Assembly: GCA_021773235.1 (NCBI GenBank) | Contig: JAJFKL010000043.1 | Coordinates: 14,072-78,071, forward strand | Origin: Gammaproteobacteria bacterium | GTDB lineage: Bacteria; Pseudomonadota; Gammaproteobacteria; Eutrophobiales; Eutrophobiaceae | Direction of reading: 5' to 3' | DNA length: 64,000 nt | Part shown: positions 9,887 to 18,644 of the stretch, piece after piece | Layout of the letters: the number at the start of each line of letters is the position of its first letter | Position numbering within the stretch: position 1 is the first letter of the stretch | Position numbers and translations under genes: made by a program | Notes under the pieces: model-generated | What the model saw: the letters and a program-made list of their open reading frames with translations, nothing else | Told to the model about the DNA's origin: nothing | The model's database searches: none

Positions 9887-10687
9887 CTAGTTATTAGACT
9901 CTGTGCTTTGTTTTTCAGCAATAGCGGCTTCACTTGATGCCATCCAATAGCCAACCGCCATAAAGAGACTGCCACCGATAATATTTCCTATCGTGACCCA
10001 CAACAGGTTATAGAACATGCCTGCAAGGGAAATGGTGTCCGGGTGTTCAGATAACAGAGAGATACTTAGCAACGTCATATTAGCAACACTGTGTTCAAAT
10101 CCACTAGCTATAAAGGCAAGCAGACACCAAAAGATGGCGATACATTTTGCAACTTCATTTTTGAGTCTGGCTGCCATCCATAAGGCGAGACATACCAGCC
10201 AATTACATAGAACGGCTCTTGCAATAAGCTCAATCACTGGAGAATTCATTTTGTATTCGGCCACTTTATGTAGCAGGCCAATACCGCCGTGAAGTAATTC
10301 ACCACCGCCACCGGCAACAAACAATACGGCAAGCAACACAGAGCCAATAAGGTTTCCAATCCAAGCTGCAGTCCATACCTTGCTTAGATCTAGTAGGCTG
10401 GTCTGTTTCTTTAACCAACCGAGTACCATATACATGGTATGTCCGGTAAAGAGTTCGGAACCCGCAAATACTACTAATGTAAGGGCGATACCGAAGGTCG
10501 CTCCCATTATCAATTTTTGAAAAGCTGGTGGAACTTGTCCAGCGACACTGAATATCAAGATAATCCCTAGGCCAACATAGGCACCGGCCATCATTGCACC
10601 CACTAGAAAGGCCAATGGTGAATGTTTGAGTACTCTTGTCTTTTGAACTGCAACACCTGAAAAATAATCGATAGTTTCTGAATACAT
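9887..10687 (-). CDS. formate/nitrite transporter (FNT) family channel (NirC/FocA-like)
   Basis: 266 aa, 6 TM. FNT signatures (LALTLVVFAGSELFTGH; LCNWLVCLALW; FEHSVANM). Confidence 0.85.
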   Translation of the reverse strand: MYSETIDYFSGVAVQKTRVLKHSPLAFLVGAMMAGAYVGLGIILIFSVAGQVPPAFQKLIMGATFGIALTLVVFAGSELFTGHTMYMVLGWLKKQTSLLDLSKVWTAAWIGNLIGSVLLAVLFVAGGGGELLHGGIGLLHKVAEYKMNSPVIELIARAVLCNWLVCLALWMAARLKNEVAKCIAIFWCLLAFIASGFEHSVANMTLLSISLLSEHPDTISLAGMFYNLLWVTIGNIIGGSLFMAVGYWMASSEAAIAEKQSTESNN

Positions 10688-10791
10688 TAAATCTTCACCA
10701 TGGTTGTGATTTCAAAAATATGTTTTGACATATTAAAAGTTGCATATAAGATATAACAATAAATTATTCTTGGCAATATGGAGAACTGAAA

Positions 10792-11319
10792 ATGCAGGAA
10801 ATCGCTTGGACTATTACTTTGGTGTTGATGTTGGTCATTATCGCTACCTTTGTATTCGTTGTTCTAAACTCGGGGCAGGTAGCTGAATATGAACCTGTAA
10901 AGAAACGTTTTTATTCGGTACGTACTGGTTTGTTCTGGGTGCTTGCCGTTGGCTTTGTTGTCGTAATGTTAAGTTCATATCAAGGTATGCCATATGCTGC
11001 TCAGCATAGGTCTGAAAATCCTATTGGTACTCAGGTTATCGATGTTGAAGGTTTTCAGTGGTACTGGAAGTTAAGTAGTAATGAAGTAAAGGCAAACCAA
11101 CCAGTTGTTTTTAACGTCACCAGTGGTGATGCAAATCATGGTTTTGCAATCTATGACGAATCATTAACGTTGCTGGCACAAACACAAGCGATGCCGGGTT
11201 ATATCAATAAGCTTGAGTATGTATTCAAGGAGCCAGGTACTTATAAGATTCTTTGCTTAGAATATTGCGGTATGGCACACCATTCTATGGTGTCAGCTAT
11301 AGAAGTCGTAGCAGAATAA
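10792..11319 (+). CDS. haem-copper oxidase subunit II (CuA cupredoxin, single N-terminal TM; ba3-like)
   Basis: 175 aa with one TM helix then a cupredoxin domain. CuA ligand motif H...CLEYCGMAHHSM. Confidence 0.8.
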   Translation: MQEIAWTITLVLMLVIIATFVFVVLNSGQVAEYEPVKKRFYSVRTGLFWVLAVGFVVVMLSSYQGMPYAAQHRSENPIGTQVIDVEGFQWYWKLSSNEVKANQPVVFNVTSGDANHGFAIYDESLTLLAQTQAMPGYINKLEYVFKEPGTYKILCLEYCGMAHHSMVSAIEVVAE

Positions 11320-11334
11320 AATCAGGAGAATAAT

Positions 11335-12795
11335 ATGTCGTCATCAATTTCTGTAATTCATCCGAACTTAAGTGCAGGTGCTAGAAAGACGCTTTTAACT
11401 TATCTAGCAATCAGTGCCGTAGTATTTTTACTCATGATGGTATTTGGTGCGAGTATGCGCTATGAGCAAAGCGAGTGGCTAGGTATGGGGCCGCAGTATT
11501 TTTATCAGATCATGACCGCGCATGGTATCGGTATGATTGGTATAGTTGGCTTGGCTGCCAGTGCGGTAATGTGGTTTTTTCTGTCTCGTCACGTTCAGTT
11601 AAGTACGCCAATATTAGTTGCTAATCTGGTTTTCTTTTTGATTGGTGTTGTATTAATACTGGGTGCAATATTTATCGGTGGATTTGCAGCAGCCTGGACA
11701 TTTCTTTATCCGTTACCTGCGATGGGCAAAGGAGTATGGGGAAATCATGCCGCTGCCAGTTATTTAGTTGGCCTTTTGCTGATAGGCGTAGGCTTTCTAC
11801 TGCTCTATCTGGATACTGCACGCGGTATTATGAAGAAATATGGAAATCTCGGAAAAGCACTGGGGTGGCCACAATTGTTCTTTAATAGTCAGGATGAAGC
11901 ACCGCCATCGGCTGTTATTGCAAGTACCATGGTATTGATCGTCAATATTGCCGGTATAGCTGCAGGTGCAGTTGTGCTTGTACTAAGCTTGGTCAATCTT
12001 TATATGCCGTCATATGAACTGGATCCTTTATTAGTAAAGAATCTGATATATTTTTTCGGACATGTATTTATTAACGCTGCTATTTATCAGGCAGTCATCG
12101 CCGTGTATGAAATTTTACCGCTCTACACCAATCGGCCGTGGAAACCGACTAAGGTTTTTATATTGTCGTGGACCTTATCAACCTTGATGGTGATGTCGGT
12201 ATACCCTCATCATTTATTAATGGATTTCGCTATGCCTAAATGGGCACTCATCATGGGACAAATTATTTCTTATATGAGTGGTTTCCCGGTATTGGTTGTC
12301 ACGGCGATTGGTGCTTTGACCCTAATCTATCGTTCCGGGATTAAATGGGACGTGACATCACGTTTATTAATCTTATCTATGCTTGGTTGGGCTTGTGGTG
12401 TTATTCCGGCAATAGTTGATGGCACGATTAGCGTTAATAATGTTATGCATAATACCTTATGGGTACCGGGTCATTTTCATATCTATCTTTTATTAGGTTT
12501 ATTGCCGATGCTATTTGGATTTATGTATTACCTCGTTCAGAGTAATGGTAATAAAGTCGGTGCTGTCGATGATGTTGCATTTTGGTTTTATCTAGTAGGT
12601 GGGATGGGTTTTGTCACCATGTTTTTACTGAGCGGTAAAGAAAGTATTCCACGTCGCTGGGCGGCGCATTTAAGTGAGTGGGTGCCTTATGATCGAATTG
12701 CATCTGTTTTTGCAACGTTAGTTGTTATTGGTGCACTAGTTTTTGCCTATCGCTTTTTGACTCGACTAAGCCGGATAAATATCGCTACATCGTGA
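11335..12795 (+). CDS. haem-copper oxidase subunit I, B-family-like
   Basis: 486 aa, 12 TM. All six canonical His ligands are present (IMTAHG; FFGHVF; YPHHLL; VPGHFHIY). Short, with no subunit III gene, like ba3-type enzymes. In a gapless motif comparison from memory, the position of the cross-linked Tyr (H+4) is Asn (GHVFIN). Confidence 0.85.
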   Translation: MSSSISVIHPNLSAGARKTLLTYLAISAVVFLLMMVFGASMRYEQSEWLGMGPQYFYQIMTAHGIGMIGIVGLAASAVMWFFLSRHVQLSTPILVANLVFFLIGVVLILGAIFIGGFAAAWTFLYPLPAMGKGVWGNHAAASYLVGLLLIGVGFLLLYLDTARGIMKKYGNLGKALGWPQLFFNSQDEAPPSAVIASTMVLIVNIAGIAAGAVVLVLSLVNLYMPSYELDPLLVKNLIYFFGHVFINAAIYQAVIAVYEILPLYTNRPWKPTKVFILSWTLSTLMVMSVYPHHLLMDFAMPKWALIMGQIISYMSGFPVLVVTAIGALTLIYRSGIKWDVTSRLLILSMLGWACGVIPAIVDGTISVNNVMHNTLWVPGHFHIYLLLGLLPMLFGFMYYLVQSNGNKVGAVDDVAFWFYLVGGMGFVTMFLLSGKESIPRRWAAHLSEWVPYDRIASVFATLVVIGALVFAYRFLTRLSRINIATS

Positions 12796-13415
12796 ATCGA
12801 TACAGCCTTATTAGCACTACACTAGTTTTAATAATCTCTGCTGCCGTCTGGTGGCAGGGAACCAGTGGCTTTAAGGCTTTTACTAGCGAGGCGGCAAGAA
12901 GGATTGATGTTTTAGAATACCCGAGAAAGCTATCAGGACTAGATTTTGAGAATCAGACCTTTGAAAATATTAATTTTTCAGATTATAAAGGCAAGGTAGT
13001 TCTACTAGATTTCATCTATACCAGTTGTCCCGATATATGCTATGCCCTAGGTTTTTCTTTTAAATCAATCAAGGCAGAACTTGAAGAAGCAGGACTGCAA
13101 GAACAAATACAGATAGTTAATATTACTTTTAATCTTGAACAAGATACACCGGAAAGATTAAGCGCATATGTGCAACGTTATACGTCCGACCATGATATGT
13201 GGCACGGTCTTCGATTAAAAGATCCCGGTCAGTTAAAACAACTTTTGTCAGACTTTGGCGTTGTTGTCATTCCTAATGAACATGGTGGCTTTGACCATAA
13301 TGCAGCAATTCATATACTGGATAAAGAAGGTCGTCTGGTGGGTATTCACGATTATCAGTCTCAACAACAGATCGTTGCCCAGATACGTGAGCAAATTAGT
13401 GCAACTGTGTTATGA
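12792..13415 (+). CDS. SCO1/SenC family copper chaperone
   Basis: 207 aa. CxxxC motif (SCPDICYALG) and conserved His (DHNAAIHILD). GTG start overlaps the coxA-like stop (GTGA). Confidence 0.75.
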   Translation: MNRYSLISTTLVLIISAAVWWQGTSGFKAFTSEAARRIDVLEYPRKLSGLDFENQTFENINFSDYKGKVVLLDFIYTSCPDICYALGFSFKSIKAELEEAGLQEQIQIVNITFNLEQDTPERLSAYVQRYTSDHDMWHGLRLKDPGQLKQLLSDFGVVVIPNEHGGFDHNAAIHILDKEGRLVGIHDYQSQQQIVAQIREQISATVL

Positions 13416-14011
13416 GCCGCTCTATCTTGTTTTTCGTGTTGTTTTTATACCTGTTAAGTTATTCAATCATTGGTCAATGGTTTGAAGTCTCTATGGTAAG
13501 GCATGTATTAATTCAGATACCCTGTCTTGTTCTGGCGGGATACTTGTTTGGCCGTAAATCCCTTATTAATAATCGGTTTCTTATTTTAATAAACGATAAA
13601 GGCCTTGCCGGTATATTGATGTGTATTTTTATCGGTGGCTATTGGATGTTGCCACGTGCACTGGATGCGGCATTGGCAGGATCAAATATGGCATTGGTTA
13701 AATATATTTCATTACCATTTTTTGTAGGAATACCACTGGCAATTAGTTGGCAAAGAATTCACCCCATTGCCAGAGCAGTAATCAAGATTGAATTCCTGAC
13801 GATGTTGTTTCGTTTAGGTTGGCTCTATCTGGTTTCTCCAAATAGGCTGTGTAATTTTTACCAATTAAATGAACAAATAATTCTAGGTAAGTGTTTTCTT
13901 ATTATTGCTACATCGCTTTCGTTGTACTGGATTTTGCAATTGTTTGCAGAGGATTATCGAGAACAGGAAACGCTGAAAAAAAATAATCTATATGATCAGG
14001 CCAGTAGTTGA
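13412..14011 (+). CDS. polytopic membrane protein, possible cytochrome oxidase assembly factor (CtaG/Caa3-type?)
   Basis: 199 aa, about 6 TM. ATGA overlap with the upstream sco. Assignment is by context only. Confidence 0.35.
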   Translation: MSRSILFFVLFLYLLSYSIIGQWFEVSMVRHVLIQIPCLVLAGYLFGRKSLINNRFLILINDKGLAGILMCIFIGGYWMLPRALDAALAGSNMALVKYISLPFFVGIPLAISWQRIHPIARAVIKIEFLTMLFRLGWLYLVSPNRLCNFYQLNEQIILGKCFLIIATSLSLYWILQLFAEDYREQETLKKNNLYDQASS

Positions 14012-14415
14012 TTTAATTTAATTTTATTAGTGATGATGTCGTCCAGAGAATATCCATCAAGGACATTTAGAAAAGCCTCGGTTGCCTCATTTAGTACCGA
14101 CTTAAGGCTGCATGCAGGGACGAAAGGGCACGCAGGTTCTGAACAATTTACTACATCCAGTGTCTGTTCTGTATTACGTATTACTTCGCCAACGCTGAGT
14201 GAGTCGGGTTCGTATGCCAACTCAAGACCACCACCACGGCCGCGTTTGGAAATAACATAGCCCAGTTTTACCAGATGGTTGACCACCTTGATTAGATGGT
14301 TGCGGGAAATATTAAATGATTCGGCAATATCGGAAATATTGCCTAGTTTTTCGGGTCTTAATGCTAGATACATTAAGACTCGCAGAGAATAATCTGAATA
14401 GCGTGTTAGATGCAT
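13996..14415 (-). CDS. nsrR: Rrf2-family transcriptional regulator, NsrR-like
   Basis: 139 aa. N-terminal wHTH (MHLTRYSDYSLRVLMYLA). Three Cys with Cx4Cx5C spacing (CSEPACPFVPAC), the NsrR pattern as opposed to the IscR Cx5Cx5C pattern. Confidence 0.75.
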   Translation of the reverse strand: MHLTRYSDYSLRVLMYLALRPEKLGNISDIAESFNISRNHLIKVVNHLVKLGYVISKRGRGGGLELAYEPDSLSVGEVIRNTEQTLDVVNCSEPACPFVPACSLKSVLNEATEAFLNVLDGYSLDDIITNKIKLNQLLA

Positions 14416-14493
14416 AGTTATATTTTAGTCTATTAGACTAAATAAAGCATATTAAATGCAACATTAATGTGAGAGGTAAAATCTACACATAGA

Positions 14494-15372
14494 CTATGAC
14501 TTACCTAATATTTGTCCTACCTGAATAGCGTTCCCAGTAGCCAGATTCTCTAGCCAATTTAATTTATTCTTTTCAAACACAAGTATGACTGTTGAACCCA
14601 TGTTGAAGTGTCCAAATTCCTGTCCTTGTTCAAGGATTACTGGGTTATCTTTGTATTCTTTAATAATTAATTGACGGGTATAAGGTGGCGTTATCTGTCC
14701 TAACCATACGGTTTCCATGCTGCCGACGAAGATGGCACCGACCATAATCTGGGCCATTAGTCCTAAGTCCGTTTCAAAAATAGTAATAAATCGTTCGTTA
14801 CGCGCAAATAGGTTATCAACGTTTCTAACTGTCGCATTATTTACCGCGAATAAATCACCAGGGACATAGATTGATTTTATCAATTTGCCTCTAACTGGCA
14901 TGTGTATGCGGTGATAGTCTCTAGGTGATAGATATAAGGTCGTAAACAATCCATCGCTTAGTTTTGCGATGGTGTCTGTATCGTTGGCCAAGAGTGTATC
15001 GAGAGTATAGGTTTTCCCCTTGGCTTGTATTATGTTGTTGTTATCCAATTTTCCAATTTGACTAATGGCACCATCTACTGGACTAAGGATACTGCTTTTA
15101 TTCAAGTTCCATGTTCTTGCAGATTGTTTCAGATGACGTGTAAAGAAATCATTAAACGAAATATAGTCTTCTGCAGTTTCTCTTTCAGCTTGATTCAGCT
15201 CGACATTGTATAGATTGACAACTTGATTGATTAACAGGTTTTTCCAGGGCTTAAATTGAATCCTCGTTAGCCAATACATTAGCTTTGATAAACTATGTTG
15301 TGGAATAAGGTATTGAGGCCAGACTTTAATACAATCCATTATTCCAGAATTAGATGTTGGTGTTTCAGACAT
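14494..15372 (-). CDS. psd: phosphatidylserine decarboxylase proenzyme
   Basis: 292 aa. Conserved FFTR and the C-terminal GST autocleavage site (FGHFNMGSTVIL). Confidence 0.85.
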   Translation of the reverse strand: MSETPTSNSGIMDCIKVWPQYLIPQHSLSKLMYWLTRIQFKPWKNLLINQVVNLYNVELNQAERETAEDYISFNDFFTRHLKQSARTWNLNKSSILSPVDGAISQIGKLDNNNIIQAKGKTYTLDTLLANDTDTIAKLSDGLFTTLYLSPRDYHRIHMPVRGKLIKSIYVPGDLFAVNNATVRNVDNLFARNERFITIFETDLGLMAQIMVGAIFVGSMETVWLGQITPPYTRQLIIKEYKDNPVILEQGQEFGHFNMGSTVILVFEKNKLNWLENLATGNAIQVGQILGKS

Positions 15373-15374
15373 AA

Positions 15375-15863
15375 TTAATGATGGTGATGTGAGTGATCTT
15401 CACTGCTATGGTCATGACTAGTTCGGCGTTCTACTTTTGCTTCTATGGTTTGATTGTGTCCATCAGAAAATGAAAAGTTGAGTGTTGCAGTATCGCCGGA
15501 GCGTAACGGCTTATCTGGATCAAATAACATCAGATGCAAATCGCCAGGAGATAACGTAAGAGTATTCTTTGCAGGTATTTCTAATGATTCTTGTTTTTCC
15601 ATAGAAACCATATCGCCATTTAATACGCTACGGTGGATTTCAACCTTAGAAAAGTTTGGGCTAGAAACGGATATTAGTGTTATTGGTTTATCTGAGGCAT
15701 TGTGAATATTTGCATATCCTGCAAGGACAGATAGCGTTGGAGGTGCCTCACTAATCCATGCATCAGAAAAACTAACTGCCACATTTTCATTGGTAAATGC
15801 AGAGCTGGAAAAAAGTATTTGAAAAATAAATGTAATCAGTAGAAATAAATTAACTTTGTTCAT
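15375..15863 (-). CDS. periplasmic copper chaperone PCu(A)C (DUF461)
   Basis: 162 aa with signal peptide. H(M)x10M...HxM motif (EIHRSVLNGDMVSM...DLHLMLF). His-rich tail HDHSSEDHSHHHH. Confidence 0.6.
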   Translation of the reverse strand: MNKVNLFLLITFIFQILFSSSAFTNENVAVSFSDAWISEAPPTLSVLAGYANIHNASDKPITLISVSSPNFSKVEIHRSVLNGDMVSMEKQESLEIPAKNTLTLSPGDLHLMLFDPDKPLRSGDTATLNFSFSDGHNQTIEAKVERRTSHDHSSEDHSHHHH

Positions 15864-16503
15864 TTATGAAGTTTTTTATTGTAGTGAACTGTTGGATGAT
15901 TTTGTTTTTCTCGTGAGGTGGAGATAGTTTGCCAACCATTCGACCTAAAGGGTCGATTAGAAATATTGAAGCTGAATGATCCACCAGATAGTCTTCAGCT
16001 TGATTCTCGTTATTCAAATAATAAGCAACGCCGATTTGGCCTGTGAGGCTAGTTATCATTTCATTAGTACCACCGAGACCAATAAAATCGGGATTGAAAT
16101 AACTGACATACTGGGACAGTATTTCTGGTGTATCGCGTTCCGGATCGACTGATGCAAATATAAGCTGTAGATCATTATTATCGCCGACAAGCTCTTTATA
16201 GGAGTCGGCCATCACAGACATTGTCACTGGACAGACATCCGGGCAATGGCTGTAACCAAAAAAAATGAAAGACCATTTACCCTTTATCTGGTTTAAACCA
16301 AAACCATTCCCATCTTGATCAAGAACAGAAAACTCATTTATTTGTTTTGGGTTTGGCCAAAACAAGCCCTCTATATTGGAAACAGCTTGCTGAGACTGTT
16401 GTGATTGTTTTACTGAAATATAGAATCCTGCACTGGTCGCTAACATGGCGAGAATGGCCATTGCCGGGATTAAAAATTTGCTATTGCTGAGTTTATTTAA
16501 CAT
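15850..16503 (-). CDS. SCO1/SenC family copper chaperone (second paralog)
   Basis: 217 aa. FGYSHCPDVCP CxxxC motif and DHSASIFLIDP. Confidence 0.8.
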   Translation of the reverse strand: MLNKLSNSKFLIPAMAILAMLATSAGFYISVKQSQQSQQAVSNIEGLFWPNPKQINEFSVLDQDGNGFGLNQIKGKWSFIFFGYSHCPDVCPVTMSVMADSYKELVGDNNDLQLIFASVDPERDTPEILSQYVSYFNPDFIGLGGTNEMITSLTGQIGVAYYLNNENQAEDYLVDHSASIFLIDPLGRMVGKLSPPHEKNKIIQQFTTIKNFINEQS

Positions 16504-16852
16504 TGCAGTATTATACCTGAACTAGACAATGGGTTGATGTTCTTAAAAGACCTGCTTTTTGTGAATTACTGCGAAAATTTTAAAGAAAATGAAATAGAAC
16601 CCGTTATATTCACTATGAATTCATGGTGATTAAGCTAGATGATGTCAATTTATTAATATTTGGCTCATCTAACGTTTCAATTTTGACCGTATAAGAGCTT
16701 GATACGTTCAAATTTGATATATGTGATTATCCTGCTAAATCAATGATTTATTGAACTAAATATTTAATAAATAAGGTTAAGTGTGGCATCATTGGTCTTA
16801 CTAAGACGCACCACGGTAACAAATACGGAATGCAATAATCAGGGGTTATGCA

Positions 16853-18331
16853 ATGAGAGTTAATATGAAGGCAATTTCAATTTCGATTTTATCGATATTT
16901 TTATCATTTCCTAATGTTGTTTTGGCAGCGGGCGATGCACACTTGCAGGATTTTACTGCTCATTGGGCAGGCATCGTTTGCCTTGTCGTTTTTGTTCTCG
17001 CCTATAGTCTGGTTGTTTTTGAAGACCAACTTCATATGCGAAAGTCTAAACCGGTGATGGTTGCTGCGGGTATTATCTGGATGTTTGTTGCCATTGTTTA
17101 TACACAAAGTGGTGATCAACATACGGCTGAAATTATGATTCGTCATAACCTGCTTGAATTCGGTGAATTATTTCTGTTTTTACTTGCTGCGATGACCTAT
17201 ATCAATACCATGGCGGAACGTAATGTATTTGATGCCTTACGTGCTTGGCTGGTATCACAAGGATTCTCATTAAGAACTATTTTCTGGATAACTGGCGTTA
17301 TATCTTTTCTTTTATCTCCTATAGCTGACAACCTTACTACGGCATTATTGATGTCGACCGTGGTGATGGCAGTAGGGGGTACTAATACAAAATTTATTGC
17401 AATTGCCTGTATCAATATTGTGGTAGCTGCTAATGCAGGCGGTGCATTTAGCCCGTTTGGCGATATAACTACCTTAATGGTCTGGCAAAAAGGTGTTATT
17501 CCTTTCGCAACTTTCTTTGCCTTAGTAATTCCTTCAGTGGTCAACTGGATAATACCTGCAGTGATCATGTCAATGTTTGTTGCTAAAGATAGGCCAGATG
17601 CGATTGATGAAAAGGTTGAATTAAAAGAGGGTGCTTTTATTGTTGTTGGTATGTTCATCATGACTATCAGCATGGCGGTTAGTGCACATAATTTCCTACA
17701 TTTACCACCGGTCATAGGCATGATGACGGGATTGGGTTTACTCAAACTGTTTGGTTATTATCTGAAGATGAAGAATATGCGTGCTCTAAAACAGAAAAAA
17801 CAAGCGTATGAATACACTCCTGGTGCCGGTGCATTAGATGCAGAATCAATTAGTGCGAGCGATCATACTGAAGAAGAAACCTATGATATCTTTGGGATAT
17901 TGGCAAAGGCCGAGTGGGATACGCTGATGTTTTTCTATGGTGTTATTTTATGTGTCGGTGGTCTGGGTACCATGGGTTATCTTGCTGCACTCTCTCAGTT
18001 TATGTATATCGATCTGGGACCAACAACGGCCAACGTACTAGTTGGTATCGTGTCAGCCATCATTGATAATATTCCGGTAATGTTTGCGGTGTTAACTATG
18101 ATGCCGGAGATGGATTCAGCGCAATGGTTGTTAGTGACATTAACTGCAGGTGTAGGTGGCTCATTACTCTCTGTTGGTTCTGCTGCGGGCGTTGCGGTAA
18201 TGGGACAAGCTAGAGGCATATATACCTTTTTTGCCCATCTTAAATGGACTTGGGCAATTGCATTAGGTTATGCCGCTAGCATTTGGGTACACTTCTTGGT
18301 TAATGGCCGTTTTATAGGTGTGCCAGTTTAA
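16853..18331 (+). CDS. nhaD: Na+/H+ antiporter NhaD
   Basis: 492 aa, about 12 TM, NhaD/ArsB-superfamily architecture. N-terminal region as in vibrio NhaD. The start may lie at a downstream Met. Confidence 0.75.
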   Translation: MRVNMKAISISILSIFLSFPNVVLAAGDAHLQDFTAHWAGIVCLVVFVLAYSLVVFEDQLHMRKSKPVMVAAGIIWMFVAIVYTQSGDQHTAEIMIRHNLLEFGELFLFLLAAMTYINTMAERNVFDALRAWLVSQGFSLRTIFWITGVISFLLSPIADNLTTALLMSTVVMAVGGTNTKFIAIACINIVVAANAGGAFSPFGDITTLMVWQKGVIPFATFFALVIPSVVNWIIPAVIMSMFVAKDRPDAIDEKVELKEGAFIVVGMFIMTISMAVSAHNFLHLPPVIGMMTGLGLLKLFGYYLKMKNMRALKQKKQAYEYTPGAGALDAESISASDHTEEETYDIFGILAKAEWDTLMFFYGVILCVGGLGTMGYLAALSQFMYIDLGPTTANVLVGIVSAIIDNIPVMFAVLTMMPEMDSAQWLLVTLTAGVGGSLLSVGSAAGVAVMGQARGIYTFFAHLKWTWAIALGYAASIWVHFLVNGRFIGVPV

Positions 18332-18357
18332 TAATTAATAGCGTTTTCAATTAATTA

Positions 18358-18393
18358 AAAAGTCGAATGTCTTCTGGCATTCGACTTTTTTTA
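18358..18393 (+). terminator. rho-independent terminator after nhaD
   Basis: aaaagtcgaatgcc-agaa-ggcattcgacttttttt: perfect 10-bp stem followed by a T7 run. Confidence 0.65.
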
Positions 18394-18644
18394 TGTCTGA
18401 GTATTAATGTAAGAATCCAATGATCCATTTGGATTAGTTCTTAGAGAGTAGTGATTACCTGCAAAAAAATCCCCAATTGAGGTAATAGACCTAGTCTAAA
18501 TAGATGGTTATATTATTGACACAACAAGGATGTTGCTTGTGATTAAAGCTTAGTCTCTGATTGCTCGAATCTGACGGATACGGTCACGGAAGAATGAGCG
18601 CTAAGGATGGCGCAACCAACTATATCTTTTTACCGCAAACGCAT

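Noticed and set aside
13255-13485. 76-aa plus-strand ORF spanning the sco/membrane-protein junction
   Set aside because: Alternative frame of two translationally coupled genes (ATGA overlap). No independent support.
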